From: the human T2T-CHM13v2.0 reference genome, Homo sapiens
DNA: 64,000 bases
Assembly: GCF_009914755.1 (NCBI RefSeq)
Contig: NC_060926.1
Strand: one strand, 5' to 3'
Under the pieces are notes generated by a model, which was not told where the DNA came from, did no database searches, and saw nothing but the letters and a program-made list of their open reading frames with translations. This document shows, piece after piece, positions 14,346-29,788 of this stretch (the first letter of the stretch is position 1; the number at the start of each line of letters is the position of its first letter). The position numbers and the translations under genes are program-made.

Positions 14346-17300
14346 ATTGGAAAAACTCAATGGGTTGTGTTTTCTAATCACTATCTCTTGTAGAAGTCAA
14401 CAATCCTTTTTGGGGAGGGGTTCTTTTTAGTGTATCTAGTTTTCAAAGTTGCAATAAAAGTTATGATTTTCATACGGTAAAACATTACTTCTCTTCAGTA
14501 AAAGATTTTATGGTTCTCTAGAAGAAAGATCTAACAATGCTTTTTAAAAAGTTTTAGTACAATTGCTGAAATTATAGTGTAGGATTCTTGTCATATTCAG
14601 TAACCATTTAAAATTATTGAAAAAGTTGTAGCTCCAACATGTTGTACAAGAGAATCCCAGAATCATGTATGAAGGCTAGAATAAATTAGGTACTTGGGCT
14701 TATTTTAGTTAAGTACACTAGCCATTCTTTATCCTATGGAGGAAAACTTCCAAAAGTCAGATCATTTGAGACCATTCAGTGGTTGATTCCAAATCTTTTA
14801 AAGACGCTTTTCATTCATGCAAAGATAATGTTTTCACTTCTCCATCAACATGAGTTTTTTTTTCTTACAAAAACAACCACACTCTTACCTTGGTTTAGTG
14901 TATCAGTGCTAATTTTAAACTCTAGGATACAAGCAGAGAGGCAATTCTAAAAGAAAGGGTTTGAAAAAGAAACCTGAATATTCATATATTACTTTCAACT
15001 GCACTTCTTTGCTGGCACCTCCTTAAAGAACACAGTAATGAAATCTCAATCTCTCCCATTAGTTAATTAGTACCTTTGCACCCTAAGGACTGGAAGCATT
15101 ACATTGTTAATTATCTACAAGTCCACGCTCAAAAACCAGAGGCTGCTTATGTCTTCTTTTTCTTATGCATAGGTCTACACAACCCCTAAAAAAATAAACA
15201 AGCCTATCAAACATTCTTCTCTAAGCACAGGCTAAATATTACAAAATGGAGTGCCCTAACAGCTAAAGGTGAATTCAGTCAACTAGTGCCCTTGTATTGA
15301 TCTCTTATGTCACCCAACACTTTTCTTCTAATCCTCTCCATAATTACATGAACGGCTAAAGCTTTCCTGAAGCTGTCAATTCCTCTTGCATCCATTTTCA
15401 AATGGCCAGCGGAGAAGCGATCTGGGCACTAGATCAAGCTGTCAATGTTCCCCACTTGGGCTACTGACAGTCCTCTTGAAGCCTCCTGGCACCTCTGTCA
15501 AGGGCCTCCTAGGGTTCTTCAAAACTCTTCTCCCTTGGAAGAGTGCGAGGAGGGTAAAGGAGCCAGAAAGGTATTGATCCATTCTTTTAACATGTTAATT
15601 TGCCTGGGGCTGCTTCAGCCATTGCCAGGCTGGGCACTTCAAAAGGAAACTGTTTTTCAAAGTGGAGATGTCTTTTTTAAACACTTAAATCTGAAAACAA
15701 ATGAATCCAAGCCTCAAGTTCACAGTGCAAAGCAAGAGAGGTTGGCCAAACACAAACAGGATAGCTAATATGTAGAAAGATGTCCTAAAATTAATTGATG
15801 AATTTTGATCGAGAAATTTGATCGAGTATTTTAAATGTCTAAAGCCTGTGAATGCATCATAACCAATTAAGATGCAACCTATTTAGTAACATTAGTCTAT
15901 GGAAGAAAAATTAAGGCTGATATAATTAAACTGATGTAAAACATTAATAACATTGATATTGATGAATACTTGGGCCTCTCCATAAGTGATGAAAATGGAA
16001 AATAAAACTGATTGTTCATTTAATTGCACCTCTAACTGGCAACACATCATGAGGCTAGACAAGAAAAAGGAGGGGTTGGGGAATTGCCACATTATAAAAG
16101 TATCTTTGTTTACTGCCTTTGTTATCAGTTTATTATTTCATCAGTGAAACATACAGTAGGGATAAGACTACAAGACATAATTAAGGGCCTAAAGATTGCA
16201 AAGTATTACCATATTCAGTTTGTAAAATTCATTCATCAAAAGCAATAATTTGCTTGTAGTTTTCAGCTCAGGTATTTCTGGGGATAGTTAGTTGCGAACG
16301 GTTATTAAAGGAAGAAGTCACATAAAAGAGACAGCTGCGATCCTAATGAAGAATCCACTGTGGAAAGCAATAGCTGGGAAACGTGAAGTCTTAAATCAGG
16401 GAAGTTCTTAAGGACAAAAGCCCAAGAGAAAAAGCATTCCTAACTGAGCTGAGTCTTAACTGATCATGAGGTTGGCCCATATTTACCTGCCATGGTATTA
16501 TAGGAGGAAATCAGTATTCTGTTAACCTCTGACCCCTCAGATCTGAAGCAGACAAAGGCCCAATCTGGAGCCCTGGGAGAACATAGCCAAATGTCAAACA
16601 GCAGGGAAGCGATTGTTACAGAAACATTTGGCTTGGGCACAGGCAGCTTCATTGGGGCAAACTGCTATTCACAGAAACAAGCCATGAAGAGATAACGCCA
16701 TAAAATATGAACAACATGGAACCTTTTTCGCCTTGCTTCTAAATTGTTAGCTTTATGGGACTTCAAGCTGAACAGTATGAAAAAAATCCAATTTGCTTTG
16801 AAGCGCATTAGTCTGTCTAACATCCTAATTATTGTTTACATTGCCATTTGCCTTCTATTAAGAATTGAATAATTACCCAGCACTTCATAGTTTAAAAATA
16901 CAAGCAAACAGGATTATCTGGGTAATTAAGAAACTGTACCACAGCTTTGTACTGGTGCAGAAAATATCTGTAAACGGAAGGGAAATGATAATTATCAATC
17001 AACTTACTTCAAATGGTATTTTAAGGATTTTGAGCAATTTGAGATCTGTAACTTATTAAGAAGAGGTTAGTAAGATCACCTTTGAGAAGTGTGGGTCTGT
17101 TTAAATCCATCCTGAGAAACAAGAGCCAGATAAGCAGCTGAATTTTCTCATCCGCTAATGACACCAGGGAACACACCATGTACAGAGAGCATTCTGCTGC
17201 TCTTTAATCCTAATAATCCATCCCAAATGGACTTTGAACAGCATCATCAAACTTTGTCAGACCATGTGGAGCAAAACCAAAGCTCTTCCACATTTAGATG

Positions 17301-19314
17301 TTGTTTTAACTGACTTTGCTTTTACTTAATTAGACTGCAACGTCTAGCTATGCCCATTTTCTGCTCTGTGAAATTAGTTTGAACTCAAGTCTAATTGAAC
17401 TTCAAAAACATTTCATGCAAAGTCCTCTTCTTCTAGTTTATAGAATGCATATATGATCGTGGCCTTTCAGAAGATAGTGCTGGTTTCAACCAGAGTTAAG
17501 TTTGTTGGGTAAAATATGCAGTACGCTTGCCTTCCCATTCTAGAAGGAATAAAGGTAAGGTTAAAAAATAAGTAAATTTGGAGACACTGGGGGGAGTGGG
17601 GAGGAGGGAGACAGAAACAAAAGACAATATTCAACAAAAAGTGAATCCACAAATATAATAAGAAACAGAATTATAGTCAATACACATTTTAAAGAATTTT
17701 ATCTGGGGACATAAGTGAAAATATGAAATTTTAATTGTGATTCTAGGTATGAAGATTGATGTATTCGTTCATAGATGAAGAAACACAGATGAAAATCCCA
17801 GTGGTGATTTGTACATCATAGACTTTAAATATCTACTCACTGATGGCATGAATGGACTCCAGCCCATTAGTGACCTAAGGCCTATTTTCAGAACTTCCTG
17901 AGCTCTGACAATTCTTTTTCAAAGAATTGTATCTTTTACTTTACAATTTTTTAAAGCCCTTTGTTGGGACACATCTGAACATTCCTAGCATAATCTGAAT
18001 AGTGCCATCCCCTCCCACCTCAGAAAGAACAGCAAGATTCCAGCTGAAGCTGTCACTAAACAGACAAGCCAAGGGATTCACCAAGGCTGGGTTCCTTTTC
18101 CAAAGGTCAAAATGAAATGAGCAGCAGGGACTTGGGTTATTTTGCATGGGGCAGGGGGGCCGGAGAGTGACAACCAGCCACACTGGGGGCAGAGGTGCAT
18201 AAAAAGAGCCCTGTGCAAATAGTCTCCTCTCTGCCTCCCACCCCTGATCTCTGGAAGCATTCAAATCAAAACCGAATTAATTTGCATGGTGTCTAAATCA
18301 TTGGGCTCTGCATAAACAGAAGGAGATTTTGGCTGGGGTTTCCAAAGGAAGCCCTCATTGCCTTTGTGAAAGGGGGAAATGGGTGTGCTGTTTTGCATGA
18401 GGACGAATACAGAATATGCAAATGAAGAATCTGCTGCCTGGAACTGCAGGGCTGGGCAGACAGCTGACGACCTGCATTCACCCAGAAAAGGCTGAGGTCT
18501 CCAAAGGGAGTTGTAAGCAGTACCAACATGTGTGTTTCCCAGGAAAAAGAAATAGACCCTGAATATTCATAAAATGTTCATTTAGTCATGGGATTCTTAA
18601 TTACCCTCCAGATCATGGAACCAAGTGACCTCACCTGTTCTCCTCCCCAAAACAGCTCAGAGGTACCAGCTGTAACAGGATACAGGGAGAAAGCTTTTAT
18701 GCCTTAAGTGAGATACAGTCTCTCGGGGTACAGGGGACAGCTGAGGCCTTCTTTAATCATTCCTTCTCACGAGCACAGTAAAACTAAAGGGAGCACTGAG
18801 CCATGTTATTGGACACAGATAACCAGTTTTTAAAAAGCCAAGAGCTATAAATTGCTGCCTAATTTTATAGAAATGTCTAAAGGGTTGAGTAAATAAAATG
18901 TCATTCTTCTAAACTACCTAAGTCTCCCAGATTATGAAAAAGTTTTTAGGGCTTGATTTCATTTTCATTTTTAAAGCCTCTCCATGACCTGCAGAAGTGC
19001 AGTCTGTGTTACCTTCCAAAGAAACTGAAAAGTGATGGACTAGGTGCAGTAGTTCTCAACATTTTCGGCCTCAGAACCGAACTCTCAAACATTTTATACT
19101 CTCAAAAATTATTGAGAATGTTTTCGTGTGTGTGAGTTATAACTACTAATATTTACCAATACAAATTGAAACTGAAAAATAAATTTTTAAATTATTTTTA
19201 ATTCATTGAAAAATAACAATTAACGCATTGCATGTTAACACAAATAGCATATTTTAAACACTGTTGTCCAAAACAAAAGTAAACTTAGTGAGAAAAGTGA
19301 CATTGTTTTACTAC

Positions 19315-19618
19315 TTTCTTTCTTTCTTTTTTGAGACAGAGTCTCGCTGTATCGCCCAGGCTGGAGTGCAGTGGTGAGATCTTGGTTCAATACAACCTCC
19401 ATCTCCCAGGTTCAAACGATTCTCCTGGCTCAGCCTACTGAGTAGCTGGGACTACAGGCTCACACCACCATGCCCAGCTAATTTTTGTATTTTTTTTTTT
19501 TTTTTTTTTAGTAGAGCTGGGGTTTCAACATATTGGTCTTAAACTCCTGACCTCGTGATCCACCTGCCTCAGCCTCCCAAAGTGCTGGGATTACAGGCGT
19601 GAGCCACTGCGCCCAGTC
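19315..19618 (-). mobile_element. AluS (Sg-like) inside the MER119-like element
   Basis: Inverted Alu with expanded central poly-T; TSD actacttt. Confidence 0.9.
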
Positions 19619-19680
19619 ACTACTTTTTTTTTTCATATTCTTGAATGTCTGGCTTAATAGAGGACAACCAGATTCTTTTA

Positions 19681-20006
19681 CAGTAGTCTCCTCATATCCA
19701 TGATTTGGCTTTCTGTGGTTTTGCCTACCGAAGGTACAGTACAGTAAGATATTTTTGAGAAAGGGATAGAAAAAACGATAGAGAGAGGCTATATTCACAT
19801 AATTTTTATTAAGATATATTGTTATAATTGTTCTATTTTATTATTGTTGTTGGCATTCTCTTACTGTGCTTAATCTATAACTTAAACTTTAGCATAGGTA
19901 CATATGTATAGAAAAAACATAATGTATAAGGGTTTGGTACTATTTGAGCTTTCAGCATCTATTGAGGGTCTTGGAACATATCGTCCAAAGTTAAAGGGGA
20001 TCACTG
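19681..20006 (+). mobile_element. Tigger-family MITE (MER44A-like)
   Basis: cagtagtctcctcatatcc...aaggggatcactg termini, flanked by TA on both sides (19679-19680, 20007-20008). Confidence 0.8.
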
Positions 20007-22446
20007 TATTTGCTTCTGTATTCAACTTAATAACATTATCATACATCAGTTAGCTTCTGGAAAACTCCACTGTTCACTCATGAGAGAATTAGAAAAAAAA
20101 GGCAAATAACATCTTAGTGTTATTAAGAAAGTTTTGACCTTGCAGACCACATGAAAGGGTCTTGGGGAACATAGCTGGACCACATGGAGAACCACAGTGA
20201 CTTGGGGCACAGAGGATTGGATCAATGTAGACAAGACCAGCCATTTGGTACCATCGCTTCACTCTTCCCTGTATTTGTCACCATTGCCTCCTCAGAAGAT
20301 CAAAACCAACCAAACAAAAAACTCTCTACTCTGGAACCTAAATGAAATGGTTTCTTTGTTGGATTGATCAAACAGCCCATATTGTCACCATATTTCTATC
20401 TAACAACAATAAAAATAAGAGTAACAATTTTCACTTTCTAAGCATTTTAATGATTCTAGGCACTGTGCCAGGCCCTTTATACATTCATGCATATATGTGT
20501 GTCATATATAATAAGATACTATTGCCACCAATTTGCAAACGTGAACTTGAGTTTAGGGAAGCTAAGTTAGTGTCTACAATTGCACATCTGATTAAGTGGC
20601 TCAACTCCAAAGGCAGTTCTTGGCCATTTTGTGCTAACTGTATGTTAACTTCATGTGCTGCAGAGAATTTTGAAGGTTCAGATGTAAAGAAGATTCATAA
20701 ACACGATTTAAAAAGGACCCAATTGAGTAGAAATCATGAACAAGGACCTCATTAATACATTAGTCACATGCAAAGATTTTAACATATCATATTGATTCCA
20801 TGAAACATAACTCCACCAAATAATCGATGTTACTACTTTGGTTATGCCTAATGCTCCCCCCACTGACATTCTCATAAGGAAGTTCTACTAAATTCATATG
20901 TCCAAGATAAAGGCAGAAAAATAGCAAAGCAAGGTTAATCATTCAATGTTTTAACAAAAATATACATGTATGATTACACATTAATGTGTTAGTTTAAAAG
21001 TATTACTAGGAAATACTGAGACAACCTAGATAGCTACCAATAACGAAAACATTAAATAAAGCATGGTATACTTATACTACAGAATATTCATCTTCAATGA
21101 AGGAGAATTAAGAAAAGCTATATTCTCTAATATACAGCGATATCTATGACAGTCAAGCATCATAAAAACAGGATGACAATTACAAGGATGATTCCATCTA
21201 TTATTTTAAAAATACATGTATATGGCTATATTTGAGTTGCCTGCCAAATTGTGAAAAATGGTAACTTGTAAAATGTTGGAGTAAGCTTTTGAAAACTGTG
21301 TGTGTGTATGTATGGGTGGATGTGGGTGTGTGTGTGTGTGGGCAGGGAATGGTAGACTTACAATTTTTACTTTATGTAATTCTATATGAGAAATTTATCT
21401 GACAAGCATGCAGTCCTTTGCTAATGTTAAATTTACCAATTACCCGTTCCCCCACCCCCCGCCATTAACTAGTAAAGTTCAGTTATGTGAAAGTCAAACT
21501 TATATCATGACCACCCCTGCTTTGCACAGCAGTAACTGAAAAACCACTTAAGAAGGCTTTTTCCTAGAGGCTCAGATCTTAACAGAATAATTATGTGTTA
21601 ATTCATTTCTGAAAGATACAAGGAAGCTCAGTTAGACTAAAATAAGTCATCAAATCTTGAATACCATATTCAAAAATCCCTGAGATGATTTCTATGCGAT
21701 GTTTTGGTGAACCCCAAATAGAGACTATTGCATGATTCACACTCACAAAGGCAGCCTGGTCACACAAAGAGGAAAAAAAAAAGTATATCAGAAAAAGGAC
21801 AATAATTAAACGCTGCTCTCTTATAGATAAAGAATTACATTTTTTCAATGATCACAGCCATGCTTCAAAGCCGGAGATAAAAGCAGCCATGTGATTCAAG
21901 CAATTGATTCTTAATGATACGATTCAAAGGTAGAGGAAAAATTTCAACAGTGCAAAGGATATGGAAGCAGCATCTCTGTGAAGTAGATTTTAAATATTTC
22001 CTTTCCATTACTTCTTTCTCCTAAGCTCCTTCTATAGTATAGTTGAAAAAAGAAATCATTTTTTTTGACATAGCTCTCTTCCTCTTTTCAGAGCACAAGT
22101 CTGTTTATTTTAAAACCATTGGAACATTTCTATCTTGTTCTTTCTTTAAAAAGCTTTTAATACGATACCTTTTGTTGATATGAGTACATTTTAATACTGA
22201 TGACCTCAATATACAACAAAATTGTATACTTCAGCAAGGCTTGATTCTTACCTAGCTTAATTTTGTCATAGTTGTAATCATTTGGCCTTAAGAGTGACTC
22301 CAAAAGAATGTTTTTATTGGTATTATTTTTTATATGTATGCTCTGAAAACTGCTGATTAGTATTTCCCAAAGAGAAAATCTGGAGCTCTCCTTTCATTTT
22401 TCAGCTTTTTAATTAAGCAAAAAATACACTAATAACGAATCTTTTT

Positions 22447-22601
22447 GGCTGGGTGAGGTGGCTCACACCTGTAATCCCAGCACTTTGAGAGGCTGAGGTA
22501 GGATCACTTGAGGCCAGGAGTTCAAGACCAGCCTAGGCAACAGAGTGAGACTTCATCTCTTATGTTAAAAAACAAATAATAAAAAATAAATTAAAAAAAA
22601 A
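22447..22601 (+). mobile_element. FLAM / Alu monomer
   Basis: Single Alu monomer followed by an A-rich tail. Confidence 0.85.
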
Positions 22602-23978
22602 TTTAATGGAATATTTTCCTCTCTTCCTTCTGCTTACTATTTCTAAAGTAATGAAAACAGTCCTGTAAAACATCTGGAACATTTCTTCATTAGGGGTATG
22701 TCTGTCCGGAAGGAGATGTCTGAAGTGGATTTTGTTTCCTTTTTCCAACAGTCTGATGTGGCCTGGAAGCAGGACTAACTAGAATCATTATATTATCCTC
22801 TGCATCCAATCACTAGGCAAGTTCAAAGGGCTGCTAACTCCTGCGATACATTCTCCTTGAGAAGATGGGTAAGTAGCTCATACACATTGTTGTTCTACTG
22901 AGACCAAGCCAAATCATTTCAGAAAATGTTATTCAAGAGCAGAATGAACTTGCCTCTGCTTCAGAGGGCAAAGCCACCATCCCCCTGCCCTCATCCTTCC
23001 TCTCCATTAGCATGTACTGCTGGGGGTAGGAACTGCAAGAGGAAGTGTAGTTCTGTCCCCAAGGTCCTTTGACGACTCAGTGGATGATCAGGGTTAGAGT
23101 CAAACAACAGCACACCCCAGGCCCCCGCCCGCCCTGCCCATTTTTGCCCAAGGATCCTTTGTCAAACATTTAAGATCTTAATCAATCTTCCCTCTGACCT
23201 CCCGGACCCCAAGGAAGATGGATGAGGAAGTAGGTGACCTTTCACCTGTTCTTCTATTTGTCCTGCCACAGTAGAACCATTGAAAAGACAATTGGGGAGG
23301 AAACTGCTGCCAGAGTTCTGAAGACTTGGCCAGTTTTCCTTTATATTCCTTCTTAAGCTTTCTTTACACCCTCTTTCTTGTCCTACCCACAAGTCACTTT
23401 TTGCTCGTTCAAAGGAAGTTTCTCTTTCCTATCGAGGAGGAAAAAAAAATGACATACTCCATATAATATTTTCAATACAAAGTGTGAAAACGTATATTAT
23501 TATTTGTTAGGGCAAAGGAGAGAGATGCTTCCTATCTTTAGCCTTGATATCAAGGAGTGGTCAGGGGATGGATTTTCCTTCTACTATTTCAACTCAACGC
23601 TCTTAAAAGTCAATAGCTATGACCTTGGGAAGAGCACAATGACAACAGAAATGCTAGTATCAAGTTGTTGCATGATCTCTGAGGTGACTTTTACCAATCT
23701 TACAACCCCAAGTCCTCATTGCAAGTCTGTAAACTAAATATAACTATTATCATCCCATTTTATGGATGAACAAACCAAGGCTCACAGGGCTTAAGAAACA
23801 TGCTCAAGGTCATCTAGCTAAGTGACCAAATTCATACATCTTTCCTCGTCTCTATATTATTTCCACTGTGCCTGGGTGCTACTCTTGATGCCTATCATGA
23901 TATCAAGGATAGGGCCAACTGTTTTTATTATTCCTAAGACTTTTAGAGTCTCAAGTCATCTTTTAAAAGTCTCACTCT

Positions 23979-24298
<320 letters not shown>

Positions 24299-26697
24299 TC
24301 AAGCTTGGAATCCTTTGTCATTCAAGTTTTTTCTTACCTAACTACATCAGAAATTTTTACATGGCAATAACAGAAACAAACAACCAAAGTGCAAGGTCTT
24401 GTGCAAAAAGTGTCTTGAAAGAGTTAATCATTTTATTAGCAGAAAAAAAAGCAAAATAACAAAAACAAAAAACAAAAACAAACTTGGTTGACACACCTGA
24501 AAACACTGAAGTTTCTCAAAAACGACTCAATCCACCTGCTTCTGCTGTGAAATATCTGGCCTCATGTTAGGAACAGCTTGCTCGGAAGTGGACTAGATTT
24601 GAAACCCTAAATTCCTCCCCTTCGAGGACGCACGTGATTAACTGGATCCCCCAAGACTATTTCCATAAAGCAAACCAGAAAAATGTTCGATTGCTTTTAT
24701 ATTCACTTTGCCCACCATCTTTTTCTCTTTTCTTTCTAATTTTGGTTGTAAAAATGTCAAGGAGTTTCACAATGTAGCAATGTATGAGTTACTAGGCTCT
24801 GTGACAATTGAAAATCAATGACATTAGATACACGAAGATGTGCTAATGCTGAGAGTGAACATTTTAGCAGGAAATGGAAGCCAATGTTGTTTTTTTAAAA
24901 ATATATATAAGAATCTTGACATGTGAAGATGTGCGGCTCCTGTCTTACAAAACGGAAAAGGCAGAATAATTTACTCTAAAATGTGATGGCATGTCATTGC
25001 CCTGCTCATTTCACTGTTCCTGCTATGATCATAGTAATTTAGTTGCCAGTAACAATGCACTCACATATTTTCTTATATTAATACCAGAATATACTTTGGG
25101 TTACCAATTCAGTACAGCTTATCTAGTAGTTGCTAAGTCAAGAGCAAACCAAAAATCGAGGCCTTAATCTTTATTTTAAAAATCCTTAAATTCCAACTTG
25201 TAAACTTTTAAATTTACACATTTCCTTTTTTTTTTTTGAATTTTTAACACTGAGTCAACAGAAAAGATAGCCACTCTTTTTTCTATTTACCACAAAATGA
25301 AAGAACATTCACTGTTAGTTACTCCTAGAAATAACTATAGCTAAGCAGGAATGCCACTTCAGACAAGTGTAAACTATGAATGGAGTAACGTGTAACTTTA
25401 TGACACCAAATCACCAAAAAATGCAATTTTCTTCATGTTCTAACTGGATTTTCAGTCAATCAAGTGGATTGCCCCATAGTTAATCCCACCCTGTCATTAG
25501 AATGGTTGAAATGCCAGACAAATTGTTTGGCAGTCAGTTAATTCAGGCCCTTTAACCACCAAATCAGATGAACCATGTGGCAATGCCATCTACAGCTCAA
25601 CAATTACCCAGAGAAAAGATTAATCTGATTGTTCCATAGATGAGACCAGAATTACATTCTAACTATTTTGTAGTAACCATAATGGATTGGCAGCCGCAGA
25701 CTGTTGATAACTACATTATAAAAACAAGTATCAAGCAAGACAAAAACTTGGAATAAAAGATATTTTTGAGCCTTATTTCACACATGACAAACAATCTGTA
25801 TAAATAGGAATTACTCTCATCTCTTACTCAGATATAAACTTTCTGTAAAGCAAAGGACTTTATACACTCCCCAGTATTCTGACAGGAAGGGGTAAAAAAG
25901 CAAGAATCAACTGCATACACTGAACCTGAGGTGAGAAAAAAAAATCCACTTAGTAATATGGTAAGTAGTAATTAATGTGATAAAAATACATAGATTTCTT
26001 CAAAAACTCAATAACTGAAATCAATACCAAATTGGGTCACAATTTGCTATTGCTTCTGACCACAGATCAAATAAGAAGACTCTTGCTTGCTTAATTACCA
26101 CCTCCTAAGAGAAATAAAGAGGTCTTTCATCAAGATTAATTTCATTTAGAGAACCCATCGGTGGGTGTTCAGGGAACAGAATGTACTTGAAGCAATGTCC
26201 CTCCACTTTGTTGGGTCATATCTCCACCGGTCCACAAGGCAGAAAGAAAAAATGGACTTTCTTCACTCGATTTTAGTCAGTGGGAGGGAACTGGAACAAC
26301 TTAATCCTAATTTCACATTTAGATCATTCACGCACTTATGCAGAAGACGGGAGATATTTAACAATCTTTGTCATTTTACCAAGTCCATAGACAGGAAAAC
26401 TATGGCTCAAAAATGTGTCCGCCCTCTTTAAGTAAGGATCAATCAAGGCTGTTTCTTCAGCTTGTTCATTTACATTTCAGAGGGCGCATCAAGCCAGTTC
26501 AGATATAAGTGCCTGTTAGCAAATGTGTTTGGCTTTCTGCTGATTACAGCAGCATCATTTATTTTGTCAGTATTAGAAACGTCTTAGCTTTGCCACCTGG
26601 AGCTATAGCACTTACTCATTAGACCCCTGTGTCCCACCACATCCCACAGGGGCTACTAATTACTGGCTTTACTCCATTTAGTCTCATCTCTGATTTA

Positions 26698-27435
<738 letters not shown>

Positions 27436-27904
27436 TCAACTACAAAGTTTCATCATGCAGTGATTTGTCAATCCCATTTTATTCTCATAGGACACCTGAT
27501 TATTTTTCTTTCAATAATGAAGCAAACTACTGAGCACCAATCATCACTAATAAAGGATCTTATGGGAGATAAGACAATATTTTATTGAGGAAGTTTTTTT
27601 TTTGTTTGTTTAATTGTTTCAATCTTTTGCCTGAAATCCAGAGGCAATGGTGGATTTACTGCTTGTGAGTTCTCGGCAGTTCCTTGTGGTGGTCCAACAA
27701 CCTCAAATTCACCTATTACAACAGCTACAATTTCAAGTGGCAACAGTTCAAATTTACTCATAAAGGAAAAACTAGTATGGGTATTGTTTCAACCACTGAG
27801 CAGAGACCTGCAAATTAAGGGCAGGAAGAGCAGAGCTTGCCAAAGGAAGACAATTATCAGTTAATTAGTAGTGCTCCTGTCAGAACTTTGCTCTCTAATA
27901 CCTC

Positions 27905-27928
27905 AAAAAAAAAAAAAAAAAAAAAAAA
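27905..27928. repeat. Poly(A) tract
   Basis: About 24 consecutive A in intron 2. Confidence 0.9.
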
Positions 27929-29788
27929 GGCAATTGATTTTTTTGGCACCCTCACTACTCTTTAAAGGTGAAAAGAAAATCCCACCATTCTGGTTTCAGT
28001 AATCCTAGGAAGACAGGGAGTAAATTTTATGGCTGGATTTCTCAAATATGCTATCATTTATAACAGTAGACAACTTTTCAAGACTGTGTATTCAATTAAA
28101 AAATTTGTACATGTTCTCATTTTTAAAACATAGACAAATAACAAAACTAGAAAACAGACATGCTTTGCTTCTAACTCTTCCGTGGACATTAAAAATAAAA
28201 TAGCAAGTGCTGTTTATGACTGAAGGCCCAAGAAAATGAAAGGAGATGGTAGCATTTTCTTTGCATTCCACTTCCTAACACAAAGAATCTAATGGTAGGA
28301 CAACTTGCGTCTACCACTGTGACTAAAAGTTTCACTGTCATTATAGCTTTTAAAAATAATCCGAAAAGCAGCAAAACTTTTGGGACTCCTACTAAGCTGG
28401 TAGGCAGCCTCAAATTCTTCATTAACATCTACAGTAATGCATTGATACAGATCTGTTATAAATCAGCTTAAGTATTTAACAAACATATGAATATAATTAG
28501 AAGGAACAAGAGATAGTTTTTTTAAAAAATTGTATTCTGTAATAGCTCCAGGTAAAGCTCCATGCAGTCCAGTGAAGTGCATAGAATCATAATGTATCTT
28601 TTAATAGGTTTCCCAACTATGCACTGGCAAACTCTTAATGGATGGAAATGTTACTATGTGAAGGACCATAAGCCATAAAATTCTGTATCCTTTTCATCTG
28701 CCACCATTATAAAAGTTGAAACTAGGAGGGGGTAAGTGCCCTGTGGTGATGAAAATTTCTTTTTATCCAGTAAGCAATAAAATCACCAGTAATTTACTTA
28801 TTTTAGGAAATTCATGTAAATCCAAAAATAGATTCCCATCTTCAAAAACACCTACTCAGCATGCTTCTCTTCTCAGAACAATGGGAATTTGGAAAAACAC
28901 ATTTGTCAATGAAGGCACATAGGGTATCTCTACAGAGTTCATGCAGGATAATTCAGGTCTAATATGAACTTTGCAGCCTGAACGTAATTGTCTAACCACA
29001 CTGATCAATTCACTGGAACAGTGACAAATCCTCCCTTAGTTTTATATTTCACAGTCAGTGTCAGCAACTCAATATACTCTTTTAAGTGAATATTACCAAG
29101 AAAGTAGCTTTTGGCTACAACGATGTTATCAGGAGCCATCACTTTCCCTAATTCTCATGTCTTGCTTAGTTGTTCTTATAGACAAACAATGGATTGTCTC
29201 TGATTCTAATTTATATTTTCCTTGGTGGTATTGTCAAATCAAGTTGTTTTTTTTTCTTTTTAAACATAACAACAAGAAATAAATGTCATTATCAGACCAA
29301 ATTACTATCTCAAGTTAACAGTGAATAAAGACATTAAATGTCCTAACTGCAAGCAGAGATTTTAGAATGATCAAGACTCAATATGCTTTTACTCTCAGCT
29401 AGAAAGAACTTTTTAAAGACAATCAATCCATTCCTCATTGACAGATACCCAATTCATTCCTTTGCTCTAATCCTGAAAAAGTCCTCGTCAATTATAAAAT
29501 CTAGAAATTAATTAAACTTTATAACTTGACACAATTTCTCAATGGCTACTGTGTATTTTGGAATGACTAATTCTTTTATATACAAATAAAATTATTTATC
29601 TTACAATAATGCTTAAAATGTTACATGCCTAATATTTAAGGAAAAGAAAAAAAAACCTGCTTATATCCAGCCCATTAAAAGTACTGGGTCGTATACAGTC
29701 AGCTCTGCATAGTTTTAAATAGACCTCAAGTCAACCAAGATAAGTTTTGTGTCTAGAAAAAGTGACCAGGTGCTCTTTCAGCAGCTCT

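Larger units (their letters stand above)
19047..20197 (+). mobile_element. hAT-Charlie DNA transposon (MER119-like) carrying two nested insertions
   Basis: 5' cagtagttctcaacattttcggcctcag; internal ttagtgagaaaagtgacattgtttta and tctggaaaactccactgt; 3' ggaccaca...gagaaccacag. Confidence 0.75.
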
